A stretch of 60,456 nt of DNA, taken from a virus (taxonomy: Duplodnaviria > Caudoviricetes). Positions 1 through 8,147 of the stretch are shown here, one piece after another. The DNA lies in IMG/VR virus record IMGVR_UViG_3300037422_000673, positions 1 through 60,456 of that record, one strand, 5' to 3'. Each line of letters starts with the position of its first letter. Within the stretch, counting starts at the first letter, position 1. Position numbers and translations under genes: made by a program. Under the pieces are notes generated by a model. The model was not told where the DNA came from, did not search any database, and saw nothing but the letters and a program-made list of their open reading frames with translations.

Positions 1-1032
1 TCACTTCACCTTGAGCAACTCGTCGTTCACGATGACCTGCCGCTCCTTCACCTCGACAAGGTTAGCCCTCTCCTCCGACACAGTGATGCTGACGCCGTTG
101 GTGGTCTCATACTGGCGCCGACGAAGCTTCGAGAAGATGTCGCCTACGTCCTTCTCGAACTGCCCGAGTCCGATGTTGTGCGCCTTGAGCCGCTCCTGGA
201 ATCCGCGACGGTAGCTGTCATGCATGTGGGTCTCGCTGAACGCCCTCGGCGAGAACCACTTTGCGTTGGACGTCAACTCTGCGTGAAGAGCCTCGAAGGT
301 TCGCGCCTTCTCGACGGGATCATCGATGAGATCCGAGATCGCCTTCAGCGCCACCTCGAAGAACGCCTTCGTGGCGACCCGCGGCTCGGTCACGTACTTA
401 GCGCCGAGGAACCGCAACCAAAACTTCGCCATGGAGGTCGGGGAGGCTGCGGTGAGCTGCGAGTCGCACGCGCGAGCCTCGAACTCGGGTGGCTCTTCCT
501 TCGTTCTCATGAACAGCGCTGCCTTGAAGAGCCTCGTCCCGTCCGTGAAGACCAAGCTGTCGAGCAAGAGCAGCTCGAAGCTCTTCTTCCCCTCTTTGTC
601 GGTCGTCGGTTGGAGCTGCGCTCCGTTCTCGCGTTCGAGCTTCAGGAGCGCTAGGCCCCTGCGGCCTCCCGCCCTGACATCGACGACGCACATGAGCCCC
701 GGAGACACGTTGCCGGTGTGCTCGCCGAAGAGGTACGTCGCAAGTTCCTGTGACCCCTTGATGAAGGCCGCCTTCGACGCGCCCTTCTTCGTCATCGCGA
801 CGACCGCATCAGGAACCTTAGATGACGAACCCGGATCGAACTCGACCGCGTAGGCCCGAGCGGAGTTGAGCGCGACCGTCAACTTGTCCTTCAGCATCGC
901 CCTGCGCTGTGCATCGAAGTCCGTCTCGACGTCGGCCAGCAAGGGTGCCGCCGCCTCGGTGTTCCTCGGGACGTCGTGGAAGATCACCGCGTGAACATCG
1001 AGCACAACGAACAGGTCCGAATCGAGTGTCAT
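1..1032 (-). CDS. Nucleoid-associated NdpA/YejK (NA-37)-like protein
   Basis: ATG at 1032 after GAGGGG; 'VIFHDVP', 'LALLKLE', 'LFKAALF', 'AKFWLRFLG' pattern typical of the family. Confidence 0.7.
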   Translation of the reverse strand: MTLDSDLFVVLDVHAVIFHDVPRNTEAAAPLLADVETDFDAQRRAMLKDKLTVALNSARAYAVEFDPGSSSKVPDAVVAMTKKGASKAAFIKGSQELATYLFGEHTGNVSPGLMCVVDVRAGGRRGLALLKLERENGAQLQPTTDKEGKKSFELLLLDSLVFTDGTRLFKAALFMRTKEEPPEFEARACDSQLTAASPTSMAKFWLRFLGAKYVTEPRVATKAFFEVALKAISDLIDDPVEKARTFEALHAELTSNAKWFSPRAFSETHMHDSYRRGFQERLKAHNIGLGQFEKDVGDIFSKLRRRQYETTNGVSITVSEERANLVEVKERQVIVNDELLKVK

Positions 1033-1564
1033 CCCCCCTCCTTGGCCGCGTTGGGAAACTGACCCAACGATCGACCCGAAGGGTACACTCGCACGCCCGG
1101 TGCGGTCTTCGTGCACGCCGGTCGGGTGAACGCGGTACGCTCCGCAAACGCGCACGCACCGAGAACCGGCGCGGTCGCGCGCTACGGTTCACCTCGACCG
1201 ACCAGGCACCGCCGCTCCCGTGGTGCGGAGCCCGCCTCGAGGCCGGACTCGCGGGGATCCCATCTGCGGCCCGCTGGCTGGGCGACCTCGAGCGCTGCCT
1301 CGCGTGGGCCTGGATCGATCAGCCGCTGCGGGACCGCCGCCCCCGCCCCGGGCCCCTGCGCGAGCCCCCGCGCCCGCGCGAGCGGCCGAGCGGGTCCCGC
1401 CCGGCGCGCACCGCGGCCGGAGGTAGAGGAGCGCGCGGGCAGAGATGGGCTCGCCGGCGAAACCGCTGCTGGCCCTCCGGTCGCGTACCCCGTAGTGGGT
1501 AGGTTTGGCGTTTTTGCCAAAACACCATTGCGGCCCCCGGCGTGGTGTGCGAGCATCGGCCAGG

Positions 1565-2725
1565 ATGCCTTCCGAGACCGAACACGTAGCGCCCGGCCCC
1601 CTCATCCGGGAACTGCTCGATGAGCGTGGGTGGTCGCAGCGCATCCTCGCTCTCGTGCTCGGATGGGATGAAGGCACGTTGAGCCTCATCATCGCCGGAA
1701 AGCGCGACATCGACGCAGCGGCGGCGCTCGAACTCGGTCACGTGTTCGGGATCCCAGCCGAGCGATTCTTGAGTCTTCAGCACAAGTACGACTTGGCGCG
1801 GGCCCGCATGCTCTCGCCGGGAGACGACGTCCGGCTCGCGCGACGCGCAGCGCTTTACGGGTCGCTGCCCGTCGCGGACATGATCAAGCGCGGGTGGCTC
1901 GGGCTCCAGCCGGACGACATCAAGAGCGTGGCTCGAGTCGAGGTGGCACTCATGCACTTCTTCGGCGCCGCCCACCCGGACGACATCGAAGTTCTCCCCC
2001 ACGCGGCGAAGAAGACGGATGTGTCCGGGGCGGTGACTCCCGCTCAGCTGGCGTGGCTTCATCGGGTGCAGCGCATCGCGAACGAGATCCTGGTTCCGCG
2101 CTACTCAGCATCCGCGCTCCGCGCCGCGTTGCCGAAGATGCGCGCGCTGCTCAACGCCCCGGAGAACGCCCGCCACGTTCCACGTATTCTGATGGAGTGC
2201 GGGATCCGGTTCGCCCTGGTCGAGACGATCGGCGACGCGAAGGTCGATGGCGCGTGCTTCTGGCTCCACGAGGGGACGGCTCCGGTCGTCGCCATGTCTT
2301 GTCGTTTCGACCGAATCGACAACTTTTGGTTCGTGCTTCGGCATGAACTGGAGCACGTCCTTCAGGGACACGGACGAGCCGCCATGATGCTCGACGCGGA
2401 CCTTCCGACGGACGAAGCGGAGCGCCAAGGCGCACCGGCCATCTCGGAAGAGGAGCGGATAGCGAACGAAGCAGCGGCCGAGTTCTGCGTACCCCAAGCG
2501 AAGCTGCGGAAGTTCGTGACCGTGAAGGCGCCCTTCTACCCAGAGCGTGACATGGTCGGCTTCGCACGCACCCTCCGCGTACATCCGGGCATCGTCGCAG
2601 GCCAGCTGCGCCACGCGACCAAGCGCTACGAACTGTTCAGGAAGCACCTCGTGAAGATCCGTTCCGTTGTGGCTCCGGTCGCCACGGTGGATGGCTGGGG
2701 CGATGTCGTTCCATTAGCGAAGTGA
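1565..2725 (+). CDS. HigA-like XRE HTH fused to ImmA/IrrE (M78) metallopeptidase
   Basis: 'PGPLIRELLDERGWSQRILA' HTH; 'RFDRIDNFWFVLRHELEH' HExxH; 'EERIANEAAAEF'. Confidence 0.9.
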   Translation: MPSETEHVAPGPLIRELLDERGWSQRILALVLGWDEGTLSLIIAGKRDIDAAAALELGHVFGIPAERFLSLQHKYDLARARMLSPGDDVRLARRAALYGSLPVADMIKRGWLGLQPDDIKSVARVEVALMHFFGAAHPDDIEVLPHAAKKTDVSGAVTPAQLAWLHRVQRIANEILVPRYSASALRAALPKMRALLNAPENARHVPRILMECGIRFALVETIGDAKVDGACFWLHEGTAPVVAMSCRFDRIDNFWFVLRHELEHVLQGHGRAAMMLDADLPTDEAERQGAPAISEEERIANEAAAEFCVPQAKLRKFVTVKAPFYPERDMVGFARTLRVHPGIVAGQLRHATKRYELFRKHLVKIRSVVAPVATVDGWGDVVPLAK

Positions 2726-2737
2726 GGGACCAAGACT

Positions 2738-3274
2738 GTGAGTAGATCGAGCCGAGATCAGATCATTCAGCGCCTCGCGCGCATCTACCGCGAGGAGAAC
2801 GACACGGATTCCGTCGATCCGGATGGCCGGTTCGCCGACTTCCTCATCGCCAATGGCGTAAAGCCTCCGAGGACTCCCACCCCTCGGGAGATGCTCGCGC
2901 GCGTCGCGAAGTCGGCGCTGAAACACGACATCCGCAGGGACGCCGTGACGGGACAGCCGTATCGAGGCTGGCACCCCGTGCCAGTGGGAGAGGACCAGGC
3001 CACCGGCCAGCGGCGGTTCTTGTACTTCGACATCGAGGTCGCCAAGCGTGGCGAGATGGAGAAGGCCGTGCAGCTCCGCGTGAGCGGAATGGTCAACGAC
3101 GGCGTGCAGGTCGCGCGGGACGCCGCTCACTGGAACCGGATCAACCCGAAGGAGCAGCCGCTCGCGGTCCAGGAGATGCTCGACCTCCGCGATCCGGTCG
3201 AGTGGAGGCTCAACGCGGACGAAGAGAACGATGACCCAGACGACATCGACGGCGAGCCTATCGACCCCGTCTAG
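2738..3274 (+). CDS. Hypothetical protein, operonic with the HTH-ImmA gene
   Basis: 12-bp gap with GAGGGA RBS; globular composition, acidic tail. Confidence 0.8.
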   Translation: MSRSSRDQIIQRLARIYREENDTDSVDPDGRFADFLIANGVKPPRTPTPREMLARVAKSALKHDIRRDAVTGQPYRGWHPVPVGEDQATGQRRFLYFDIEVAKRGEMEKAVQLRVSGMVNDGVQVARDAAHWNRINPKEQPLAVQEMLDLRDPVEWRLNADEENDDPDDIDGEPIDPV

Positions 3275-3319
3275 CTGTGGCGCGGGAGCCCGAGGAGACT
3301 CGTCGAGCGCGTTCGCGGG

Positions 3320-3943
3320 TTAGCCTGTGGTGCGCCCCGCGCGCTGCGCGTCCCCGAACTCGTGCACCATCGCTTCGAGCGCCGCCACCTTGGCCGCCAG
3401 TGTCTTGATCGAGTCCTCGAGCCGGACGTACTCGGTCGAGACCCGTTCGTACTGGCTCGCCACTCTCGCGGTGAACGCCCTCGCCTGCTCGATCGCCTCT
3501 CGCGCCTGCGCGTGGTACTCGGCGATCTTGTCCTTCAGCGAGTCGGTGTAGCCCCGCTCGCTCCGCTCGTGGGCGGTGAGCGCGTCGGACACGACCAGGC
3601 GGAGCTCCGCCATCACCGCGGCGCGCTCAGAGCGCTCGTGGTCCGCGAGCTTCTCCTCGACGATGCGCGCCAGGGCGACGAGCACCTCCTCGTGCCACCG
3701 GCGGTTCCGCTCCGCGTCCCGGTCTGCGTGCGCCCGGACCACCGCTTCCGCCACCGCGGTCGCGATCCGCTCGATGCGCTGCGCCTCCTCCTGCTCCTCC
3801 TGGCGCGCGCGGGACGCCAGCGTCGCGTCGATGACGCTCTGCATGCGCCGCTTCTGCCAGGCGTCCACGGCGAACGCCGTCGCGACGAGGCCTCCGCCCC
3901 ACTTCGCCAGCGTGACGAGCTGCTCGAGCACGGCCAGGTCCAC
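3320..3943 (-). CDS. Lysis-cassette membrane-anchored coiled-coil protein
   Basis: N-terminal hydrophobic segment then long helical coil; last gene of the late operon. Confidence 0.65.
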   Translation of the reverse strand: MDLAVLEQLVTLAKWGGGLVATAFAVDAWQKRRMQSVIDATLASRARQEEQEEAQRIERIATAVAEAVVRAHADRDAERNRRWHEEVLVALARIVEEKLADHERSERAAVMAELRLVVSDALTAHERSERGYTDSLKDKIAEYHAQAREAIEQARAFTARVASQYERVSTEYVRLEDSIKTLAAKVAALEAMVHEFGDAQRAGRTTG

Positions 3944-3946
3944 GCC

Positions 3947-4450
3947 CTACCCCCGCGCCCGCGCGCCGCCGAAGCCGCTCGAGCGCATCCCGAACCAGAA
4001 GCCGATCGCCCCGCTCGCGGTGAAGAGCGCGGTCTGGATGATCTGCTCCTGGGTAGCCGCCGAGAGCGCGGGGCCGTCCTGGAACGCGCGGTAGGTCGCC
4101 CATCCCATCAGCGCCATGGACGCCATCGTGATGATCGGCCGGATGACCCCGCGGGCGAAGTCTACCAGGCGGCCGGTGAGGCTCTCCCCGTAGGTCGCCC
4201 GGTCCGCCGCCATCGCGGCCGCCGTCGCGTCGAGCTCCTTCACCGCGATCTGCGTGTCCGCGTCGACGCGCGCGATCTCGCTCTGGTGCGACAGCTCCAG
4301 CACGAGGAGCTCGCGGTCCTTGTCCCGCATCGCAAGCTCGTGCGCCCGCGACGCGTTGCGGTCCTTGTAGTCGAGCCACTTCTGGACGACGGCGCCGAGG
4401 CCGCCGACGACGCCCCCCAGCGCGCCGGGGAGAAGGGTCATCAGGTCCAC
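3947..4450 (-). CDS. Holin (3TM/GTA-holin-like)
   Basis: Three hydrophobic segments; 'RGVIRPIIT' and 'IGFWFGMRS' motifs; adjacent to the endolysin. Confidence 0.75.
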   Translation of the reverse strand: MDLMTLLPGALGGVVGGLGAVVQKWLDYKDRNASRAHELAMRDKDRELLVLELSHQSEIARVDADTQIAVKELDATAAAMAADRATYGESLTGRLVDFARGVIRPIITMASMALMGWATYRAFQDGPALSAATQEQIIQTALFTASGAIGFWFGMRSSGFGGARARG

Positions 4451-4881
4451 ACGACCTCCAGGGTAAAGGGGCGCCGGTCCATCTCCGCCATGAAGGCGCG
4501 GATCGCCGGCTTCGAGAGGAGCACCGCGAGCTGGCCGCGGCGGTGGCCGCGCGCCTGGCCGAGCAGGATGCAGCCGAGGACGTCGCTCTCCAGCCCGAGC
4601 TCGACGTCGCCGGCGACGTTGCCGCTGTGGATCAGGATCGAGTCGCGCCCGGGCACGCGCTCGACCAGGTAGACGTCACCCCGCTTCGGCGTCGTCACGC
4701 AGCGAACCGGGTACGTCCCCGGCGGCAGCCCGCCCGGCGGGATGCAGCTCCGCATCCGCCGGTTCGCCCGCCACGGGAGCTCGAGGCTGTAGGCAATCCG
4801 CGAGCCGTCCGCGCGCAGGAGGGCGCCGGGCGTGCCCTGGTCGGTGGAGCGACCGCGGACGAGGGTGAGGGTCGGCTGCAT
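4441..4881 (-). CDS. DUF5675 family putative endolysin (L,D-transpeptidase-like)
   Basis: 'TPGAL..YSLELPW..N....SCIP.G.Y', 'ILIHSGN', 'GCILLG'. Confidence 0.85.
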   Translation of the reverse strand: MQPTLTLVRGRSTDQGTPGALLRADGSRIAYSLELPWRANRRMRSCIPPGGLPPGTYPVRCVTTPKRGDVYLVERVPGRDSILIHSGNVAGDVELGLESDVLGCILLGQARGHRRGQLAVLLSKPAIRAFMAEMDRRPFTLEVVWT

Positions 4882-5246
4882 CACGACCTCCCCGGCCACG
4901 TGGCCGCGCCGAGCGCGACGGCCGCGAGGAAGAGCCAGGGGACGGCGACCGCGGGCACGGGCGTGCGGACGAGAAGGTCCCGCGCGAGCGCGGCCGCGAG
5001 CACGACGACGAACACCCAGGGGGCCCCCGCCGGCGCCGCCCAGCGCGGACCGAAGAGGTGGCCCATCAGGATCCCGATCCCGATCGGCCAGAGCGTCCAC
5101 CGTGGCGCGTTCGCGCGGAGCGCCCGGGTGAGCACGTCTCCGCCGCGGGTCGCGACCGCCCAGAGCTCGTACGCGAGCAGGTAGAGCCCGGCGGCGATCC
5201 AGGTGAGCTCGCCGTAGGTGAGGCCGAGCACGCGGCGCCACGTCAC
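4881..5246 (-). CDS. Multi-pass membrane protein (lysis region)
   Basis: About 4 hydrophobic segments; overlaps both neighbours. Confidence 0.75.
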   Translation of the reverse strand: MTWRRVLGLTYGELTWIAAGLYLLAYELWAVATRGGDVLTRALRANAPRWTLWPIGIGILMGHLFGPRWAAPAGAPWVFVVVLAAALARDLLVRTPVPAVAVPWLFLAAVALGAATWPGRS

Positions 5247-5617
5247 GGAGCACCTCCATGTGCCAGGCCTTCCGCACAGCCGTCCGCCTCGCCCTCGTCC
5301 CAGGAGCGCAGCGCGACGTGGCAGACCTCATGGGCGAGCGCGGTGTCTCGGGCGTCCGGGCCGGTGAGCACCTCGACGGACGTGCGGCAGTAGGGCGGAG
5401 TCGGGAAGTACGCGCAGCCTACGGCCTCGCGCTCCCACCCGCAGGGGAACGTCGCGTCGCGCCACCACACATCGAGAGCGAGGCCGGGCCACCGGGCCTC
5501 GGCGGCGGAGAGAATTGCGTCTGAGCCGGGCGCGACCGGCCCGTGCTGCCTGACTCCGGGCGTGTCGTCGAGGCACGTGCAGGCGGCCACGAGCAGCAGG
5601 GGGAGCGCGCGCCTCAA
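5243..5617 (-). CDS. Small lipoprotein with HExxH zincin motif
   Basis: TTG start overlapping upstream TGA; lipobox LLVAA-C; 'LAHEVCH...E..AD'. Confidence 0.65.
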   Translation of the reverse strand: MRRALPLLLVAACTCLDDTPGVRQHGPVAPGSDAILSAAEARWPGLALDVWWRDATFPCGWEREAVGCAYFPTPPYCRTSVEVLTGPDARDTALAHEVCHVALRSWDEGEADGCAEGLAHGGAP

Positions 5618-6834
5618 CGGGCAGCCCTCCGCCAGACCTTGAAGTCGCGGATGTTGCCGCCGAACTCGGACCCGGGCGCCGAAGTGGTCCCGATGTAGAG
5701 AGTGGCGGGCATGGCCGAGATCACCCCAGACCCGACTCCCGACAGCCCCGCGCCGGCAGGGACGCTCCCGTTGACCAGCACTGTGAGCGTGCCGTTCGCC
5801 GACGCACCCGAGATCCGGTGAGTCGTGCCGCTCGCAAGCAAGGCGTTGATCGAGGTCTTCGTGGTGAACAACTGGGCCGCAGCCGCATCCGTCACCAACG
5901 GAGACACCAGCGTTTCGCTGATCACGTAGCCTTGCGCGGTGTTCGCGCCTGAGCCCGAACCGAACCCCCATAAACGATGCGTGATGCCGGAGATCCCCCA
6001 CGCCCTGCCGCTCTCCGGCGTGAACACGCCCTCCACGCTCCACGTCGTGTCCGCAGCGGTCAGCGGGTTCGCGACCGACACCACGTCCGCGTTCCGGGTC
6101 GCCGCCGCCGTCGTCGTCGGGATGTAGCTGGTCGCGTACGATCCCTCTTCCTGCTGGACGAAAGCCACGTAGAAGGAGAGCGGTCCACCAGACTGCGCGT
6201 GGAACATGACGCCGCCCACTCCACCCGCCGAGGCTGGTTGGGTTCCGGTCACCCGCACGAACGCATCGGGCGCCGCACCCAGATCGACCGAGGCGATCAG
6301 CGTCCCGGTGTTCGTGTTGAGAACACGCAGCACTCCGGTCGTGCTGATCCTCTTGAGCCAGAGCGAAGTCCCGCACGTAGCCGACGCCGTGAAGCCGGTG
6401 GCCGTCTGGTACACGTCATCGACGCCCAGCGCGTTGATCCCCGCCAGCTTGTTCGCCAGGGACACGCCGTCGGGCGCGAGCGTGCCGTCCGTCGTGACCA
6501 CCGCCGCGCCCCGCTTCGTCCACGCCACGTTCGTCAGCTCGTTCGAGCGAACGATCCGGTTCGTCCGCGCGGGCTCGATCAGCGCCCCCTGAGACTCCAC
6601 CCTCAGTTCGTTCGCGGCGGCGGTCTTGATGAGCCCGTCAGCGCCCACGTACGTCGCCGTCGTCGCGCGGGTGACCGTCACCACCTCGCCGCGGCGGCCC
6701 ATCGCGCTGCCGCTGGGATAGACGCCCGGCACGCCGAACGGCAGCCAGAGCGCGGGCTGCCCCACCGACGAGGCGAAGACCGAGGACGGGAACCGCCGGA
6801 AGGCGGAGAGCGGGCGGGGGCTGGCGACCGGCAT
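5614..6834 (-). CDS. Virion fibre/spike protein with carbohydrate-binding and LamG-like domains
   Basis: 'VTRATTATYVGADGLIKTAAANELR..GALIEPARTN', 'EEGSYATSYIPTTTAAATRNAD'. Confidence 0.8.
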   Translation of the reverse strand: MPVASPRPLSAFRRFPSSVFASSVGQPALWLPFGVPGVYPSGSAMGRRGEVVTVTRATTATYVGADGLIKTAAANELRVESQGALIEPARTNRIVRSNELTNVAWTKRGAAVVTTDGTLAPDGVSLANKLAGINALGVDDVYQTATGFTASATCGTSLWLKRISTTGVLRVLNTNTGTLIASVDLGAAPDAFVRVTGTQPASAGGVGGVMFHAQSGGPLSFYVAFVQQEEGSYATSYIPTTTAAATRNADVVSVANPLTAADTTWSVEGVFTPESGRAWGISGITHRLWGFGSGSGANTAQGYVISETLVSPLVTDAAAAQLFTTKTSINALLASGTTHRISGASANGTLTVLVNGSVPAGAGLSGVGSGVISAMPATLYIGTTSAPGSEFGGNIRDFKVWRRAAR

Positions 6835-6837
6835 GGG

Positions 6838-7125
6838 CTACGGCACCGCGCGCTTCGCCATCCACCGCAGGTCCGCTGGCGACGCCTGGTTGGCCGTGGC
6901 CGCGAGCACGTACAGCTCCTGGCTGACGTCCTTGTCGAGCGCGAGCTCGCCCCCGTTCGCCGGCACCTTCAGCCCCAGCGCCGAGGTGCACGTCGCCGCG
7001 CTCGCGCCCACGTACACGTCGTTGGGCCCGAGGTTGAGCAGGTAGACGCTCGTCGTCGATGGCGGCAGCGGGAGCAGCGTCGCCGCCGTGGTGACCTGGT
7101 ACGCCCCGTTCTCGCTCCACGCCAT
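6838..7125 (-). CDS. Small beta-rich virion protein (fibre base/decoration-like)
   Basis: GGAGG RBS; directly upstream of the fibre gene. Confidence 0.6.
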   Translation of the reverse strand: MAWSENGAYQVTTAATLLPLPPSTTSVYLLNLGPNDVYVGASAATCTSALGLKVPANGGELALDKDVSQELYVLAATANQASPADLRWMAKRAVP

Positions 7126-7299
7126 CGGCCTGGCCCTCCGTCACGCGTCGAGCCGCAGCCGGGCTCGCCTCCCTCTGGCGTGGCACCGCTCCGACCGACC
7201 TGTCACGTCGGCGCCTACCGCCCCGGGGCAGAGCGCGTCCAGGCTGCGGGCCGACGCGTCGCCCCGGTTTCCGGGTCAGGTGTGGGGTACGCTCTCTGC

Positions 7300-7707
7300 A
7301 TGCCCTCCTGGTGGACGTGCCCGGTGTGCGGGAAGCAGCTCGAGGAAGCGTTCGTCGTGCACCCGTGCATCGCCTCGCGCTCACCCGCGCCGCCGGCACC
7401 GCTTGCCCCGACGTCGGTCGCGAGGCGGGCGCCGGATATCGCGCAGCCGAGATCCGGCGGGGTCGCGGGGCTTCTTCGCGTCCTCGGGTGGATCGAGCTC
7501 GCGGCCGCCACCCTCGCCGCGCTGTTCCTCGGGCTTCGGTTCTCCGAGGACCTCATCGGCCTCATCGTCGGCGTCCTGTTCGGCGGCCTCGTCCTCGCGG
7601 CCCTGTGCTGGGGTGTCGCCGAGACGCTCGAGCGCGCCCTCGCGATCGAGGGCCGCGTGCGCGAGCTCGAGATCGCCGAGGCGGAGAGAAGGAACCGAGC
7701 GGCGTGA
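7300..7707 (+). CDS. Moron: Cys-motif (CPVC) two-TM membrane protein
   Basis: Opposite strand to tail genes; TACGCT -10 just upstream of the ATG. Confidence 0.7.
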   Translation: MPSWWTCPVCGKQLEEAFVVHPCIASRSPAPPAPLAPTSVARRAPDIAQPRSGGVAGLLRVLGWIELAAATLAALFLGLRFSEDLIGLIVGVLFGGLVLAALCWGVAETLERALAIEGRVRELEIAEAERRNRAA

Positions 7708-7820
7708 CTCCCATCGCGAACGACCGAGAGCGTCCGGCGCCGATCGCCTCGTCCCGGTCACCCGTGATGTCGAGAGGACGGAGGGCCGTGCTAGCCTTCT
7801 CGTTCAGGAGGGGATCCCGC

Positions 7821-8147
7821 ATGTCCAGGTTCGTCGCCGTCCTGGTGGTGGTGTTGGCCGGGCTCGCGGGGTGCGAGCTGCACGACGAGACGCCGCGCAC
7901 GTGCACCGCCACGGAGAGCTTCCTGGCCGTCCCACCGCCTCCGTCCTGCCGCGAGGACGGGCCCGTGGCGGGCGCAGCGGCCGAGACGGTCGAGTACGTC
8001 CTCGACGCCGGCCGCATCGGGTGGCAGGTCTGCACCTGGTCGTGCCCCTACCCGGAGCACAACCCCATGCGCGTCTGCTCGTGGGAGCTGCAGCTCGACG
8101 GGACGTGGGCAGGGCCGGTCTGCTACGGCACGCCCTGCCGTCTCTAG
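7821..8147 (+). CDS. Moron: Cys-rich lipoprotein
   Basis: AGGAGG RBS; signal peptide with LAG-C lipobox; 7 further Cys. Confidence 0.75.
   Translation: MSRFVAVLVVVLAGLAGCELHDETPRTCTATESFLAVPPPPSCREDGPVAGAAAETVEYVLDAGRIGWQVCTWSCPYPEHNPMRVCSWELQLDGTWAGPVCYGTPCRL

Noticed and set aside
1178-1187. CGCGCTACGG shared with 59218-59227 as a possible att core
   Set aside because: About one 10-bp match is expected by chance between intergenic regions of this size and GC content; no arm sites seen
7261-7275. GCCCCGGTTTCCGGG also found near 41790 upstream of another leaderless gene
   Set aside because: Only two copies, GC-rich, and different spacing to the -10; insufficient to call a regulatory motif
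7130-8147. Invertible tail-fibre segment
   Set aside because: No flanking inverted repeats and no invertase
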